64,000 nucleotides of DNA, from NCBI GenBank assembly GCA_039025905.1, contig JBCCNJ010000003.1:11505-75504 (forward strand), written 5' to 3'. The notes beneath the pieces were generated by a model. It did not search any database. It was not told the DNA's origin and saw only the letters and a program-made list of their open reading frames with translations. Source of the DNA: Pseudomonadota bacterium. GTDB taxonomy: Bacteria; Pseudomonadota; Gammaproteobacteria; Pseudomonadales; Halieaceae. Positions 25,589-36,071 of the stretch are shown here, in pieces. The stretch's first letter is position 1. Every line of letters begins with the position of its first letter. Both the position numbers and the translations under genes were made by a program.

Positions 25589-26917
25589 ATGTCCGATATG
25601 ACACCACGTGAAATTGTTCACGAGCTCGATAAACACATTGTGGGCCAGGATGAGGCCAAGCGCGCCGTGGCGATTGCGCTGCGTAATCGCTGGCGGCGTA
25701 TGCAGCTCAGCGAGGAGTTGCGCGCTGAAATCACGCCCAAAAATATCCTGATGATAGGACCCACAGGTGTCGGTAAAACCGAAATTGCGCGCAGGCTCGC
25801 CAAGCTCGCAAACGCCCCCTTTGTGAAGGTAGAGGCGACAAAGTTCACCGAGGTCGGCTACGTAGGCCGAGATGTGGACTCCATCGTGCGCGACCTGGTT
25901 GATGTGTCGATTAAAATGCTGCGCGAGCAGGAAATGACTCGGGTTCGATTCCGAGCGGAGGAAATGGCTGAGGAACGGATTCTGGACATCCTGCTGCCGC
26001 CGGCACGCAGTGCTGAGGGGGATTCCGGTAGCGGTAGCGGCACCCGACAACTGCTTCGCAAGAAGCTGCGCGAGGGCGAGTTAGACGATAAGGAAATCGA
26101 GGTCGAGCTCAGTTCCCCAGGAGCGGCGATGGAGATCATGGCACCCCCCGGTATGGAGGAGATGACAAACCAGCTGCAGAGCATGTTCTCCAATATGTCG
26201 CGCTCTCAGCAAAAAACGCGCAAGTTACCGATTAAGGATGCCTTTAGCGCACTGTGCGACGAGGAAGCAGCGAAGATGGTCAACGAGGACGAGCTGCGAC
26301 AGCGCGCCGTTCACGTTGCGGAACAAAACGGCATTGTCTTTATTGACGAGTTAGACAAGGTAGCCAAGCGCAGCGAGGGAGGCGGCGCAGACGTCTCCAG
26401 AGAGGGCGTTCAGCGCGATCTGTTGCCGCTGATCGAAGGATCCACCGTTAGTACTAAACACGGCATGATCAAAACCGATCACATACTGTTTGTCGCATCC
26501 GGTGCCTTTCATCTTGCCAAACCATCGGATCTTATCCCGGAGTTACAGGGTCGCCTGCCTATCAGAGTTGAACTGTCTGCACTGACGCCTGACGATTTTC
26601 AGCGAATATTGACAGAGCCCAACGCCTCACTCACAGAACAGTATCAAGCGCTGCTGGGCACCGAGGGCATGAACATTGAATTTACAGAAGACGGCATAAG
26701 GCGTATTGCAGAGACCGCCTGGCAGGTGAATGAAAGCACAGAAAATATTGGCGCAAGGCGCTTGCATACCGTGATGGAGCGACTGCTGGAAGAGTCTTCA
26801 TTCGGCGCCTCGGACAGCGGTCTGGCAGACAAGCCTCTACTCATCGACGCCGATTACGTCGACAGTCAATTGAAGGCACTGAGCGCAGACGAGGATCTGT
26901 CGCGCTTTATTCTTTAA
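25589..26917 (+). CDS. hslU: ATP-dependent protease ATPase subunit HslU
   Basis: 442 aa. [34 protein letters not shown], Walker [16 protein letters not shown], and Walker [10 protein letters not shown]. Confidence 0.97.
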   Translation: MSDMTPREIVHELDKHIVGQDEAKRAVAIALRNRWRRMQLSEELRAEITPKNILMIGPTGVGKTEIARRLAKLANAPFVKVEATKFTEVGYVGRDVDSIVRDLVDVSIKMLREQEMTRVRFRAEEMAEERILDILLPPARSAEGDSGSGSGTRQLLRKKLREGELDDKEIEVELSSPGAAMEIMAPPGMEEMTNQLQSMFSNMSRSQQKTRKLPIKDAFSALCDEEAAKMVNEDELRQRAVHVAEQNGIVFIDELDKVAKRSEGGGADVSREGVQRDLLPLIEGSTVSTKHGMIKTDHILFVASGAFHLAKPSDLIPELQGRLPIRVELSALTPDDFQRILTEPNASLTEQYQALLGTEGMNIEFTEDGIRRIAETAWQVNESTENIGARRLHTVMERLLEESSFGASDSGLADKPLLIDADYVDSQLKALSADEDLSRFIL

Positions 26918-27319
26918 GTGCCCGTGCCAGAGCAGAAGCAAAAACGACCGCTGGACATTAAACTGCGAAAGCGCTCGCGCACACTGGAACTGCACTATCC
27001 CGACGGCGAGCACTATGCTCTGCCTGCAGAATATCTGCGCGTCTATTCCCCCTCAGCCGAAGTGAGAGGCCATGGCAGTGGCCAGGAAACGCTACAGTCT
27101 GGGAAAATCGAGGTCGGCATCGATCACATCAAACCCGTAGGCCACTATGCACTGCAGCTGATGTTTGACGATGGCCACGATACAGGGCTGTATTCCTGGG
27201 ACTACTTATACGAACTGTGTACGCAACACAGCGAACGCTGGCAAGACTATCTCGCCCGTTTACATTCTGCAGGCGCGAGCCGTGACCCAAAGGTTCAAGT
27301 CCTCCAGTTCAAGCCGTAG
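26918..27319 (+). CDS. DUF971 (gamma-butyrobetaine-hydroxylase N-terminal-like) protein
   Basis: 133 aa. The GTG start immediately follows the hslU TAA. Blocks LPAEYLRVYSPSAEVRGHG and HYALQLMFDDGHDTGLYSWDYLYEL are typical of DUF971. Confidence 0.75.
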   Translation: MPVPEQKQKRPLDIKLRKRSRTLELHYPDGEHYALPAEYLRVYSPSAEVRGHGSGQETLQSGKIEVGIDHIKPVGHYALQLMFDDGHDTGLYSWDYLYELCTQHSERWQDYLARLHSAGASRDPKVQVLQFKP

Positions 27320-27433
27320 TCATCTCATACCATCCCGGCTCGTCGCCATAGCCGAGAGCAAACATGAGACCACTGCCGTTAAATCGGCAACGCGTTACAA
27401 TAGACTGCTGCACCTTAGGGAAGCGAACGCGTC

Positions 27434-28183
27434 ATGAGCGACAAAAAGACAACGCATTTTGGCTACAAGGAGGTCGACGCCGACTCCAAGGCGGGGATGG
27501 TCGCCGGCGTGTTTGATTCGGTTGCCTCTCGTTACGACCTTATGAATGACCTGATGTCTGGCGGTATCCATCGTCTCTGGAAGCGTTTTACCATTGAACT
27601 CAGCGCAGTTCGTCCTGGTCATAGCGTCTTAGATATCGCCGGTGGAACAGGTGATTTGGCCGCGCGTTTTGCCGATACTGTCGGTTCCGATGGGCGAGTC
27701 ATTCTGGCTGACATCAACGAGTCCATGCTCCGGGTTGGCAGAGACAAGTTGTTGGATACAGGCGCTCAGGGCAACCTGGAATTTGTACAGGCGGATGCTC
27801 AGTATCTGCCATTCCCTGACGACACCTTTGATTGCATTACCATCGCCTTCGGGCTGCGCAATGTCACTGACAAAGACCTGGCATTGCGTGCAATGCTTAG
27901 GGTGCTGAAACCAGGCGGCAGATTACTGGTCCTGGAGTTCTCCAAACCGGAAAATGCGCTGCTGAGCAAAGCCTACGATACCTACTCCTTTAGAGTCTTG
28001 CCGCTGATGGGGCGTCTTGTCGCCAACGACTCGGACAGCTATCAGTATCTAGCCGAGTCGATTCGTATGCATCCCGATCAGGAGACCTTAAAAGACATGA
28101 TGGAGGATGCGGGCTTCAGCAGCTGTGAATATCACAACATGACAGGCGGTATCGTCGCACTGCACAAAGGCATCAAGGCCTGA
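27434..28183 (+). CDS. ubiE: Demethylmenaquinone/ubiquinone C-methyltransferase
   Basis: 249 aa. THFGYKEV N-terminus, [19 protein letters not shown], and SAM motif [12 protein letters not shown]. Confidence 0.95.
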   Translation: MSDKKTTHFGYKEVDADSKAGMVAGVFDSVASRYDLMNDLMSGGIHRLWKRFTIELSAVRPGHSVLDIAGGTGDLAARFADTVGSDGRVILADINESMLRVGRDKLLDTGAQGNLEFVQADAQYLPFPDDTFDCITIAFGLRNVTDKDLALRAMLRVLKPGGRLLVLEFSKPENALLSKAYDTYSFRVLPLMGRLVANDSDSYQYLAESIRMHPDQETLKDMMEDAGFSSCEYHNMTGGIVALHKGIKA

Positions 28184-28184
28184 C

Positions 28185-28829
28185 ATGTCATCTGCCGTTG
28201 ATCCAGCGCTGCAAACGGCAGCCATCGCCGCGCTTGAGGGCGTTGTGAACCGCGCCCTGGCGCTATCGCCCGACGGACAACAGGAGCTTAAAAAACTCGC
28301 AGGTTGCGTGTTCGCCGTGCAGTGTACAGCGCCTGCGATGGATACGTTTTTGCAAGTGAACGCGCAGGGCCAGATTCGCTTTATGGGAGTGTACGAAGGC
28401 GATATCACCACCCGCGTCACCGGCTCTGCCTCCGATTTCACCGAACTCGCAAGCTCAGAAGACCCCACAGCTACTTTAATTAACGGCTCCTTAGAGATCG
28501 ATGGCGATAGCGCACCCCTGATCGAGCTACAGAAGCTGATAACTGAACTCGATATCGATTGGGAGTCGCCACTAGTCGAAACACTGGGAGATGTCGCGGG
28601 TCACCAGCTCGCTCAGCTCCTGCGCGGTGCCCACAGCTGGAGCCAGCAGGCCTCCAGCGGACTGATGCGACAACTGCAGGAGTTTATTCACGAGGAGGCA
28701 AGGCTGAGTCCGCCACGGCTAGAGCTGGAAGACTTTTACAGCGATATTGCACAGCTCACTTTGCAAGTAGAACGCCTGCAATCGCGTGTCTCACGTCTGC
28801 GCAAACGCGTCCACAAGCTGCAAGCATAA
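28185..28829 (+). CDS. ubiJ: Ubiquinone biosynthesis accessory factor UbiJ (SCP2 domain)
   Basis: 214 aa. SCP2-like N-terminal domain. Conserved position between ubiE and ubiB. Confidence 0.8.
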   Translation: MSSAVDPALQTAAIAALEGVVNRALALSPDGQQELKKLAGCVFAVQCTAPAMDTFLQVNAQGQIRFMGVYEGDITTRVTGSASDFTELASSEDPTATLINGSLEIDGDSAPLIELQKLITELDIDWESPLVETLGDVAGHQLAQLLRGAHSWSQQASSGLMRQLQEFIHEEARLSPPRLELEDFYSDIAQLTLQVERLQSRVSRLRKRVHKLQA

Positions 28830-28836
28830 AGACACC

Positions 28837-30480
28837 ATGTCTCGCGTCTCGAGAGCGTTCAAGATTTTTCGCACGGTGTCGCGCTACCGCCTCGATGAAT
28901 TCATTGACACAAGTCGCCTGAGTACACCAGCTCGCATGGCGCTAACTCTAGCGCCCTGGCGTATCCACAAAGTACCTGAACTACCGCGCGCCGTGCGCCT
29001 GCGCAAAACGCTTGAGGAGTTAGGGCCGGTTTTTATTAAGTTCGGACAAATGCTATCCACTCGTCGCGATCTATTGCCCGTTGATATCGCCGACGAACTG
29101 GCAAAGCTGCAAGACAAGGTTCCACCTTTTCCTGAGCAACTGTCCATCGAAACTATTGAGCGCGGTCTGGGGAAGCCGATCGCAGAGCTGTTCTCAAGCT
29201 TCGAAGCCAAGCCAATGGCCTCCGCTTCGGTGGCCCAGGTGCACGCTGCGACCTTACATTCCGGTGAACAGGTAGTTGTAAAAGTGATACGGCCCGAAAT
29301 CGAACCCGTTATCCGTCAGGACCTGGCTTTGATGTTTACGCTGGCGAAACTTGTGGCGCGATATTTACCGGATGGACGTCGGCTGCGGCCGGTGGAAGTG
29401 GTCGCTGAATATGAATTCATCATTCTCGACGAGCTGGATCTCGGCCGCGAGGCCGCGAATGCCTGCCAGTTGCGCCGAAATTTTGAGGACAGCAAATTAC
29501 TCTATGTACCCCAGGTTTACTGGGACTATACCTGTCGCGATGTGTTCGTGATGGAGCGTATCAGCGGCATACCGGTGACGGATATGGCGGAGCTCCAGGC
29601 GCGAGGCACCGATCTCAAACTATTAGCAGAACGTGGCGTAGAGATCTTTTTTACACAGGTGTTTCGCGACAGCTTTTTTCACGCGGATATGCATCCTGGA
29701 AACATTTTTGTCGATGCAAGTGATCCCGCAGACCCCACTTATATCGCAGTCGACTGTGCCATCATCGGTAGCCTGAGTGATTCTGATCAATACTATCTCG
29801 CCCGCAACTTGCTGAGTATTTTCCGTCGAGATTATCGAGAGGTTGCCCAGCTGCATGTGGAATGTGGATGGGTGCCACCACAAACACGCGTACAGGATTT
29901 TGAATCGGCCATGCGGGCAGTATGCGAGCCGGTGTTTGAGCGACCGCTAGGTGAAATTTCATTTGGTCAGTTACTTGTTTATTTGTTTCAAACAGCGCGC
30001 CGCTTTGATATGCACATACAACCCTCACTTGTTCTGCTGCAAAAAACCATGCTCAACATCGAGGGCCTTGGTCGCCAGCTTTACCCCAGCCTCAACTTGT
30101 GGGATACAGCCAAACCGTTTTTGGAAGACTGGGTTCAGGAACGCTACTCTCCACAGTCTCTTCTCAAGAGACTGCAGCGCCAAGCTCCCTCCTGGCTGGA
30201 GCAACTTCCCCAGCTTCCCGACGTCTGGATCGATAACTTACAGCAGGGCAAAGATGTGCAAATTCGTCTTGCTCAACCCACACAGCCGCCGGCGGTGCCA
30301 CAGGTACCAGATGCCGATCCTTCTCGAAGACAAGGCCGTCAGCTGCTCGGCCTGGTGGTGCTTGTTATTGCCGGAATCACGCTGTTACCGGAAGGTGTTG
30401 AGCAGCTGGTGGACGCTCCCATTCTGAGCTGGGTACTGTTTGCACTAGGATTTCTGCTTGTATGGCCCCGAAAACACTAA
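28837..30480 (+). CDS. ubiB: Ubiquinone biosynthesis regulatory kinase-like protein UbiB
   Basis: Trimmed from 28786 to ATG 28837 ([11 protein letters not shown]...). ABC1/ADCK kinase-like motifs ([38 protein letters not shown]) and two C-terminal TM helices. Confidence 0.93.
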   Translation: MSRVSRAFKIFRTVSRYRLDEFIDTSRLSTPARMALTLAPWRIHKVPELPRAVRLRKTLEELGPVFIKFGQMLSTRRDLLPVDIADELAKLQDKVPPFPEQLSIETIERGLGKPIAELFSSFEAKPMASASVAQVHAATLHSGEQVVVKVIRPEIEPVIRQDLALMFTLAKLVARYLPDGRRLRPVEVVAEYEFIILDELDLGREAANACQLRRNFEDSKLLYVPQVYWDYTCRDVFVMERISGIPVTDMAELQARGTDLKLLAERGVEIFFTQVFRDSFFHADMHPGNIFVDASDPADPTYIAVDCAIIGSLSDSDQYYLARNLLSIFRRDYREVAQLHVECGWVPPQTRVQDFESAMRAVCEPVFERPLGEISFGQLLVYLFQTARRFDMHIQPSLVLLQKTMLNIEGLGRQLYPSLNLWDTAKPFLEDWVQERYSPQSLLKRLQRQAPSWLEQLPQLPDVWIDNLQQGKDVQIRLAQPTQPPAVPQVPDADPSRRQGRQLLGLVVLVIAGITLLPEGVEQLVDAPILSWVLFALGFLLVWPRKH

Positions 30481-30537
30481 AAATTATCAATCTGTGCTGG
30501 TAGCAGCCCTGTGCCATAATGTTGCCCCACAGAGACT

Positions 30538-30945
30538 ATGACTATGATGGAAACAGCAGATCTTTTTCGAGACATCCGATGGAATGAGCAAGGACTGATA
30601 CCTGCCATCGCGCAGGATTGGGAGTCGGGCGAAGTGCTCATGCTCGCCTGGATGAATCACGAATCCTTAGAGCTCACACTGGCGGAGGGAAGGGCGGTTT
30701 ACTGGTCACGCTCACGCCAAGCGCTATGGCGCAAAGGACAAGAGTCTGGCCATGTACAAAACCTTAAGGAATTGCGTATCGACTGCGATGCCGATACCGT
30801 TCTGCTGAAGGTAGAGCAAGTGGGCGGTATTGCCTGTCATACCGGACGTCGCAGCTGTTTTCACCTGAAAAAGCATGACAAAGGCTGGCAGATAACTGAC
30901 CCTGTGCTGCGATCACCCAAGGATATATACGGATCGTCCTCATGA
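30538..30945 (+). CDS. hisI: Phosphoribosyl-AMP cyclohydrolase
   Basis: 135 aa. GLIPAIAQD...MLAWMN...YWSRSR..LW.KG..SG and DCD.D..L..V.Q.GG.ACHTG..SCF blocks. Confidence 0.93.
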   Translation: MTMMETADLFRDIRWNEQGLIPAIAQDWESGEVLMLAWMNHESLELTLAEGRAVYWSRSRQALWRKGQESGHVQNLKELRIDCDADTVLLKVEQVGGIACHTGRRSCFHLKKHDKGWQITDPVLRSPKDIYGSSS

Positions 30946-31277
30946 GTGACGTATTACGAAATTTGGCGGCAGTTTTGGAACAACGCAAAAGCGCAGATCC
31001 GGAGCAGTCGTATGTGGCGAGCCTGCACAAGCAAGGGCTTAACAAAATACTGGAAAAGGTAGGCGAGGAGTCCACGGAGGTCATACTTGCAGCCAAGGAT
31101 GCAAGCACCGGGGCGGATAACAGCGATCTGGTAGGAGAAGTTGCGGATTTGTGGTTTCACACAATTGTCATGCTGTCTCATTTGAATGTAGATGTTGATG
31201 AAGTCACCACATGCCTGGCTGGACGTATGGGCGTCTCTGGAATTCACGAAAAGAGCGAGCGCAAAAATAGCTCGTAA
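30942..31277 (+). CDS. hisE: Phosphoribosyl-ATP pyrophosphatase
   Basis: 111 aa. Overlaps hisI by 4 nt. [31 protein letters not shown] and [13 protein letters not shown] blocks. Confidence 0.93.
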   Translation: MSDVLRNLAAVLEQRKSADPEQSYVASLHKQGLNKILEKVGEESTEVILAAKDASTGADNSDLVGEVADLWFHTIVMLSHLNVDVDEVTTCLAGRMGVSGIHEKSERKNSS

Positions 31278-31302
31278 AAAGCGATAACGGGAGGTATGCA
31301 AA

Positions 31303-31524
31303 ATGGGAGTCGGTGGAATCAGTATTTGGCAACTGTTGATCATCCTGGCAATTGTCATCATGTTATTTGGCACTAAACGCTTGCGTACGCTGGGCAGCGA
31401 CCTGGGTAGCGCAGTCAAGGGGTTTCGCAAAACCATGCACGAGGAACCCCCTGCAGGCAAGGACACAGCGCAAGCGGCTGATCAGGTCGAGGAGACCTCC
31501 TCAAGCGCCGAAAAGGACAAGTAA
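31303..31524 (+). CDS. tatA: Twin-arginine translocase subunit TatA
   Basis: 73 aa. [27 protein letters not shown], a TM helix followed by an amphipathic helix. Confidence 0.93.
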   Translation: MGVGGISIWQLLIILAIVIMLFGTKRLRTLGSDLGSAVKGFRKTMHEEPPAGKDTAQAADQVEETSSSAEKDK

Positions 31525-31531
31525 GTTCTGA

Positions 31532-31867
31532 ATGTTCGATGTTGGGTTTGCCGAGCTGCTGCTGATCGGCATCGTGGGTCTGCTGGTTATCGGACCGGAG
31601 CGGCTACCGGGTGCAATTCGCACCGGGCTCGCCTGGTTTAACCGGCTAAAGCGGTCTTTTAACAATATTAAGCAAGAAGTCAGTCGAGAGCTGCATAACG
31701 ATGCCGTTTTGCAGGATCTGAAAAACGCCGGTCACGATCTAAAGTCGCAGGCCAACGAGTTCGGCGAGCAGCTGCGCTCGGCCACTAGCGTCACGCCCGA
31801 GTCTCAAAAGGACACACCTGATCGCAACGAGGATCGAAATCGGCTGACGGAAAAACGCGCACAATGA
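31532..31867 (+). CDS. tatB: Twin-arginine translocase subunit TatB
   Basis: 111 aa. [26 protein letters not shown]. Confidence 0.9.
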   Translation: MFDVGFAELLLIGIVGLLVIGPERLPGAIRTGLAWFNRLKRSFNNIKQEVSRELHNDAVLQDLKNAGHDLKSQANEFGEQLRSATSVTPESQKDTPDRNEDRNRLTEKRAQ

Positions 31868-32613
31868 GCGAACAGGAAAGCATTGACCAGCCATTGCCGC
31901 TGGTCGCCCATCTCACAGAGCTCCGCGACCGATTGCTGCGTGCCCTCCTGTCAGTTCTGATCGTTTTTATCGCACTGTTCCCCTTCGCCAACGAAATCTA
32001 CGCATTCGTGTCCGAGCCCCTAAGAGCGCTTTTACCGCCGGGCTCCACCATGATCGCTACGGAAGTGGCAGCACCATTTCTGACACCATTCAAATTGACG
32101 CTTTTTACCGCGATTTTTATCGCCATTCCCTATGTGCTCTACCAAATTTGGAGTTTTATCGCGCCGGGCATGTACAAACACGAAAAGCGACTCGCACTGC
32201 CACTCTTAGCCTCTAGCGTGGCGCTGTTTTACGCCGGCGCAGCCTTCGCCTATTTCGTGGTGTTTCCGCTGATTTTTGCCTTCTTCACCAGCGTTGGCCC
32301 AGCGGATGTCACTATCATGACCGATATCAACAGCTACCTGAACTTTGTCCTTAAGCTGTTTTTTGCCTTCGGTTTAGCCTTTGAGATACCCATCGTCGCT
32401 GTGCTGATGATCTCGACTGGTATGACTACACCTGAAAACCTGGCGAAGAAGCGCCCCTACATCATTGTGGGCTGCTTCGTATTGGGGATGCTCCTCACGC
32501 CACCGGACATCATCTCCCAGTCACTACTGGCACTGCCGATGTGGATACTGTTCGAGCTGGGCATTTATTTTGGCCGTCTAATCACGCGCAACCGACCGCA
32601 GGAAGCAGAGTAG
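31864..32613 (+). CDS. tatC: Twin-arginine translocase subunit TatC
   Basis: 249 aa. Six TM helices. [15 protein letters not shown]-terminal signature. Confidence 0.95.
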   Translation: MSEQESIDQPLPLVAHLTELRDRLLRALLSVLIVFIALFPFANEIYAFVSEPLRALLPPGSTMIATEVAAPFLTPFKLTLFTAIFIAIPYVLYQIWSFIAPGMYKHEKRLALPLLASSVALFYAGAAFAYFVVFPLIFAFFTSVGPADVTIMTDINSYLNFVLKLFFAFGLAFEIPIVAVLMISTGMTTPENLAKKRPYIIVGCFVLGMLLTPPDIISQSLLALPMWILFELGIYFGRLITRNRPQEAE

Positions 32614-32616
32614 ACC

Positions 32617-34422
32617 GTGACCGACAAACCTAAGTCTGCCAGCCTGCCAGCGCTGATCCCAGTGCTTGGATTTCTAAAGCCCTATCGCTGGCGGTTAGTC
32701 GGTGCGAGTCTGGCACTGTTGTTTACTGCGGGTGCGACGCTGTCCCTAGGCTGGGGCCTACAAATCCTGATCGACCGCGGCTTCAAAGGCGATAGCGCAG
32801 ATCTCAGTACCGCTATTAGCGTGCTACTTGGCATCGCCGCGGCCATCGCGATTGGCACGTTCATTCGGTTTTATCTGGTTTCGTGGCTCGGCGAGCGCGT
32901 CAGTGCGGATCTGCGCAAGGCGGTTTTCGACAACCTCGTGCACCTCCATCCGGGGTTTTTCGAATCCAATCGCAGCGGCGAAATCATGTCGCGTCTGACC
33001 ACCGACACCACGCTTTTGCAAACCATCATCGGCTCGTCATTCAGTATGGCGCTGCGAAGCAGTCTGACGATGATCGGCGCGCTGGTGATGATGTTTATCA
33101 CCAATCTCAAACTCAGCTTGATTATCGCCCTTGGTGTACCGCTGGTGCTACTCCCCATCCTGATCTTTGGTCGCCGGGTGCGCCGGCTGTCTAACCAAAG
33201 CCAGGACAGTATTGCCAGTGTTGGCAGCTACGCAGGCGAGGTCGTACAGCATATTCGCATTGTACAGAGCTATACGCAGGAGCAGTTCGAGTCCAGCGCT
33301 TTTGCCCGAGAAGTAGAGCGAGCATTTGCTATCGCCAGGCGCAGAATATGGCAGCGTTCGCTGTTGATCGGTTGCGCCATCTTACTTCTGTTTTTCGGCA
33401 TGGCAGCCATGATGTGGGAGGGTGGCCAGGACGTGCTTAGCGGTAATATGACCGCGGGAGAATTGGGCGCGTTTGTGTTCTACGCCATCATGGTGGGCAA
33501 TGGTGTCGCCACCGTAGCGGAGGTGTGGGGTGAATTGCAGCGGGCCGCAGGGGCGGCGGAACGTCTCATTCAGCTACTGAACACCCAGAGTCTGATTAAT
33601 GACCCAGGACCGCAGGACCTTGAAGCAAGCTCTGTGCGTCCGCAACTGAGGCTTGAAAATATCAGCTTTTACTATCCCACAAGGCCTGCCCATGCCGCAT
33701 TAAAAGAGTTCTCGCTGAACGTGGCTGCAGGCAAGAGTCTTGCTCTGGTGGGCCCTTCAGGAGCAGGCAAATCGACTGTGTTCGAGCTCTTACAGCGCTT
33801 TTACGATCCCCAGTTGGGACGGGTGCTGCTTAACGGTGAGGACATTCGCGAATTAGGTCTGCAACAGCTGCGTTCGCACGTGGCACTGGTACCACAACAA
33901 CCGGCCCTGTTCACCGGCAGCGTGCGCTACAACATCTGCTACGGGCAACCCGATGCCACGGATGCACAAGTTGTCGCTGCAGCTAAGGCGGCGCATGCGC
34001 AGGAGTTTATCGAGCGATTACCCGAGGGTTATAACAGCCACCTGGGCGAACAGGGCGTGCGCTTATCCGGTGGTCAGCGTCAACGCATCGCTCTCGCTAG
34101 AGCGATACTTAATGACCCTGAAATACTGCTACTGGATGAGGCCACCAGTGCCCTGGACACGGAAAGTGAACATCAAGTGCAACAGGCATTACACGAATTA
34201 ATGGATAACCGGACGACGGTTATCATAGCTCATCGCCTTTCGACCATTTTGCACGCAGACAGGATCGCCGTGCTCGATCAAGGACAACTTGTCGCACAAG
34301 GTACGCATGAGGAACTCATGCAGGACTGCGCTCTATACCAAAGACTCGCGAGCCTGCAGTTTCAGGACGCAAAGCTGGAACAACCTGGGCTTCGCGATAT
34401 CGCCTCAGCGCGCAGGCACTAA
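32617..34422 (+). CDS. ABC exporter, fused permease/ATPase (MsbA/ABCB-like)
   Basis: 601 aa with a GTG start 3 nt after the tatC stop. Six-TM exporter domain, Walker A GPSGAGKST, signature LSGGQRQR, and Walker B LLLDEATSALD. Confidence 0.9.
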   Translation: MTDKPKSASLPALIPVLGFLKPYRWRLVGASLALLFTAGATLSLGWGLQILIDRGFKGDSADLSTAISVLLGIAAAIAIGTFIRFYLVSWLGERVSADLRKAVFDNLVHLHPGFFESNRSGEIMSRLTTDTTLLQTIIGSSFSMALRSSLTMIGALVMMFITNLKLSLIIALGVPLVLLPILIFGRRVRRLSNQSQDSIASVGSYAGEVVQHIRIVQSYTQEQFESSAFAREVERAFAIARRRIWQRSLLIGCAILLLFFGMAAMMWEGGQDVLSGNMTAGELGAFVFYAIMVGNGVATVAEVWGELQRAAGAAERLIQLLNTQSLINDPGPQDLEASSVRPQLRLENISFYYPTRPAHAALKEFSLNVAAGKSLALVGPSGAGKSTVFELLQRFYDPQLGRVLLNGEDIRELGLQQLRSHVALVPQQPALFTGSVRYNICYGQPDATDAQVVAAAKAAHAQEFIERLPEGYNSHLGEQGVRLSGGQRQRIALARAILNDPEILLLDEATSALDTESEHQVQQALHELMDNRTTVIIAHRLSTILHADRIAVLDQGQLVAQGTHEELMQDCALYQRLASLQFQDAKLEQPGLRDIASARRH

Positions 34423-35774
34423 CCGCTGAACTCGCGAACCAGGCCGCTGATGGACTCTTTGGCATCTCCGAACAACATGCGCGTATTGTCTTTATAAAAC
34501 AAAGGATTCTCAATCCCGGCAAAGCCTGAGGCCATTGAGCGCTTGAGAACAAACACGGTTCGCGCTTTATCCACATTAATCACCGGCATCCCATAGATAG
34601 GTGACGATTCCACTTCGCGCGCTGCAGGGTTCACAACATCGTTCGCTCCGATCACAATCGCGACGTCCACGTTTTCCATACGCGGATTGATATCGTCCAT
34701 CTCTAGCAATTGATCATAGGGCACGTCCGCCTCGGCTAGCAAAACGTTCATGTGGCCAGGCATGCGGCCGGCCACCGGATGAATGCCAAAATTGACCTCA
34801 GCACCGTTTTGCTCCATCAGCTCGGCCAGTTCTTTGACCACGTGCTGTGCCTGAGCTACCGCCATGCCGTAGCCAGGGATAATGGCGACATTGGTGGCCG
34901 CTTCCAGCACATAGTAGGCATCGTCCGCATTGATGGGTTTGATCTCACCCTCAACCACGGTTGCCTCAACCTTGCCGCTACCAAATCCACTGAACAATAC
35001 ATTAGCCAGGGAGCGGTTCATCGCCTTACACATGATCTGAGTGAGAATAATGCCCGAGGCACCCACTAGCGATCCGGCAACGATCAGAATATTGTTGTTC
35101 ACCGCAAAGCCAGCCGCACAGGCCGCCAAACCCGAGTACGAGTTCAGTAGCGAGATGACGACGGGCATATCCGCACCACCGATGGGAATGACCGCCATCA
35201 CGCCGAAAACCAAGGAAAGCGCGACCACCAGGTAGAGCCAGAACATATTTTGCGGCTGCAAACAGAACATGACAGCGCCTGCCAGAATACCGAAGACGAT
35301 GATGCCGTTGACGATTTGCTGGCCGCTGAAGAGCACAGCGCCACTGCCGATGCGTTCGCTGAGCTTGCCATAGGCAATCAAGCTACCGGTAAAGGTGACA
35401 CCACCAATTAATATTGAGAGCACGATCGTGATCAGGGTAAACGTGGATGCACCCGGGCTCAGCGCCGCCCAACCTACCAATAAGCTGGCCATGCCGCCAG
35501 AGCCATTAAACAGCGCAACCATCTCGGGCATCGCTGTCATTTGCACCAACCTGGCGGCGAGCCCGCCAATGATCGCACCCACTACCATGCCGATAGCAAT
35601 CCATTGATATTCGACGATACCCTGATGCAGTAACGCCGCGACCACAGCGATGAGCATGCCGGTCGCGGAAATCATGTTGCCGCGGCGGGCCGTAGCGGGT
35701 GAGCCCAGCTGCTTCAGCCCGAATATAAAAAGTGCGGCGGAAACGATGTACGCAAATTGAATGAGAGTGTCCAT
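34419..35774 (-). CDS. pntB: NAD(P) transhydrogenase subunit beta
   Basis: Trimmed from 35882 to ATG 35774 (MDTLIQFAYIVSAALFIFGLKQL...). Polytopic membrane domain plus a C-terminal NADP(H)-binding dIII domain (GYGMAVAQAQH). Confidence 0.95.
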   Translation of the reverse strand: MDTLIQFAYIVSAALFIFGLKQLGSPATARRGNMISATGMLIAVVAALLHQGIVEYQWIAIGMVVGAIIGGLAARLVQMTAMPEMVALFNGSGGMASLLVGWAALSPGASTFTLITIVLSILIGGVTFTGSLIAYGKLSERIGSGAVLFSGQQIVNGIIVFGILAGAVMFCLQPQNMFWLYLVVALSLVFGVMAVIPIGGADMPVVISLLNSYSGLAACAAGFAVNNNILIVAGSLVGASGIILTQIMCKAMNRSLANVLFSGFGSGKVEATVVEGEIKPINADDAYYVLEAATNVAIIPGYGMAVAQAQHVVKELAELMEQNGAEVNFGIHPVAGRMPGHMNVLLAEADVPYDQLLEMDDINPRMENVDVAIVIGANDVVNPAAREVESSPIYGMPVINVDKARTVFVLKRSMASGFAGIENPLFYKDNTRMLFGDAKESISGLVREFSG

Positions 35775-35779
35775 CTGGC

Positions 35780-36070
35780 TCAGCTCTCCTTCTTCTTGAA
35801 CATCGCCAACATGCGATCGGTGACCATGTAGCCGCCAAAAACGTTGATGCTTGCCAGTGCGACCGCGGCGGCACCCAACCAATTCGCAAGGTCCTGAGAG
35901 CCCGTGCCCGCCAGACTCACCGCCCCGACCAGGGTAATGCCGGAAATGGCGTTTGCCCCGGACATAAGTGGTGTATGCAGGGTTGCGGGGACTTTATTGA
36001 TCAGTTCAAATCCCAAGAAAATGGCCAGCATGAGAATGAATGTCAGGAAAACTTCGGGCGGTATCATCAT
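35780..36070 (-). CDS. pntAB: NAD(P) transhydrogenase subunit alpha part 2 (membrane dII segment)
   Basis: 96 aa with three TM helices (LHTPLMSGANAISGI). Lies between pntAA and pntB, the split-alpha arrangement. Confidence 0.9.
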   Translation of the reverse strand: MMIPPEVFLTFILMLAIFLGFELINKVPATLHTPLMSGANAISGITLVGAVSLAGTGSQDLANWLGAAAVALASINVFGGYMVTDRMLAMFKKKES

Positions 36071-36071
36071 G

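Noticed and set aside
25938-25955. tRNA T-arm-like sequence CTCGG-GTTCGATT-CCGAG.
   Set aside because: It lies inside the hslU coding frame. No acceptor, D or anticodon arms can be built around it, and the loop is 8 nt rather than 7.
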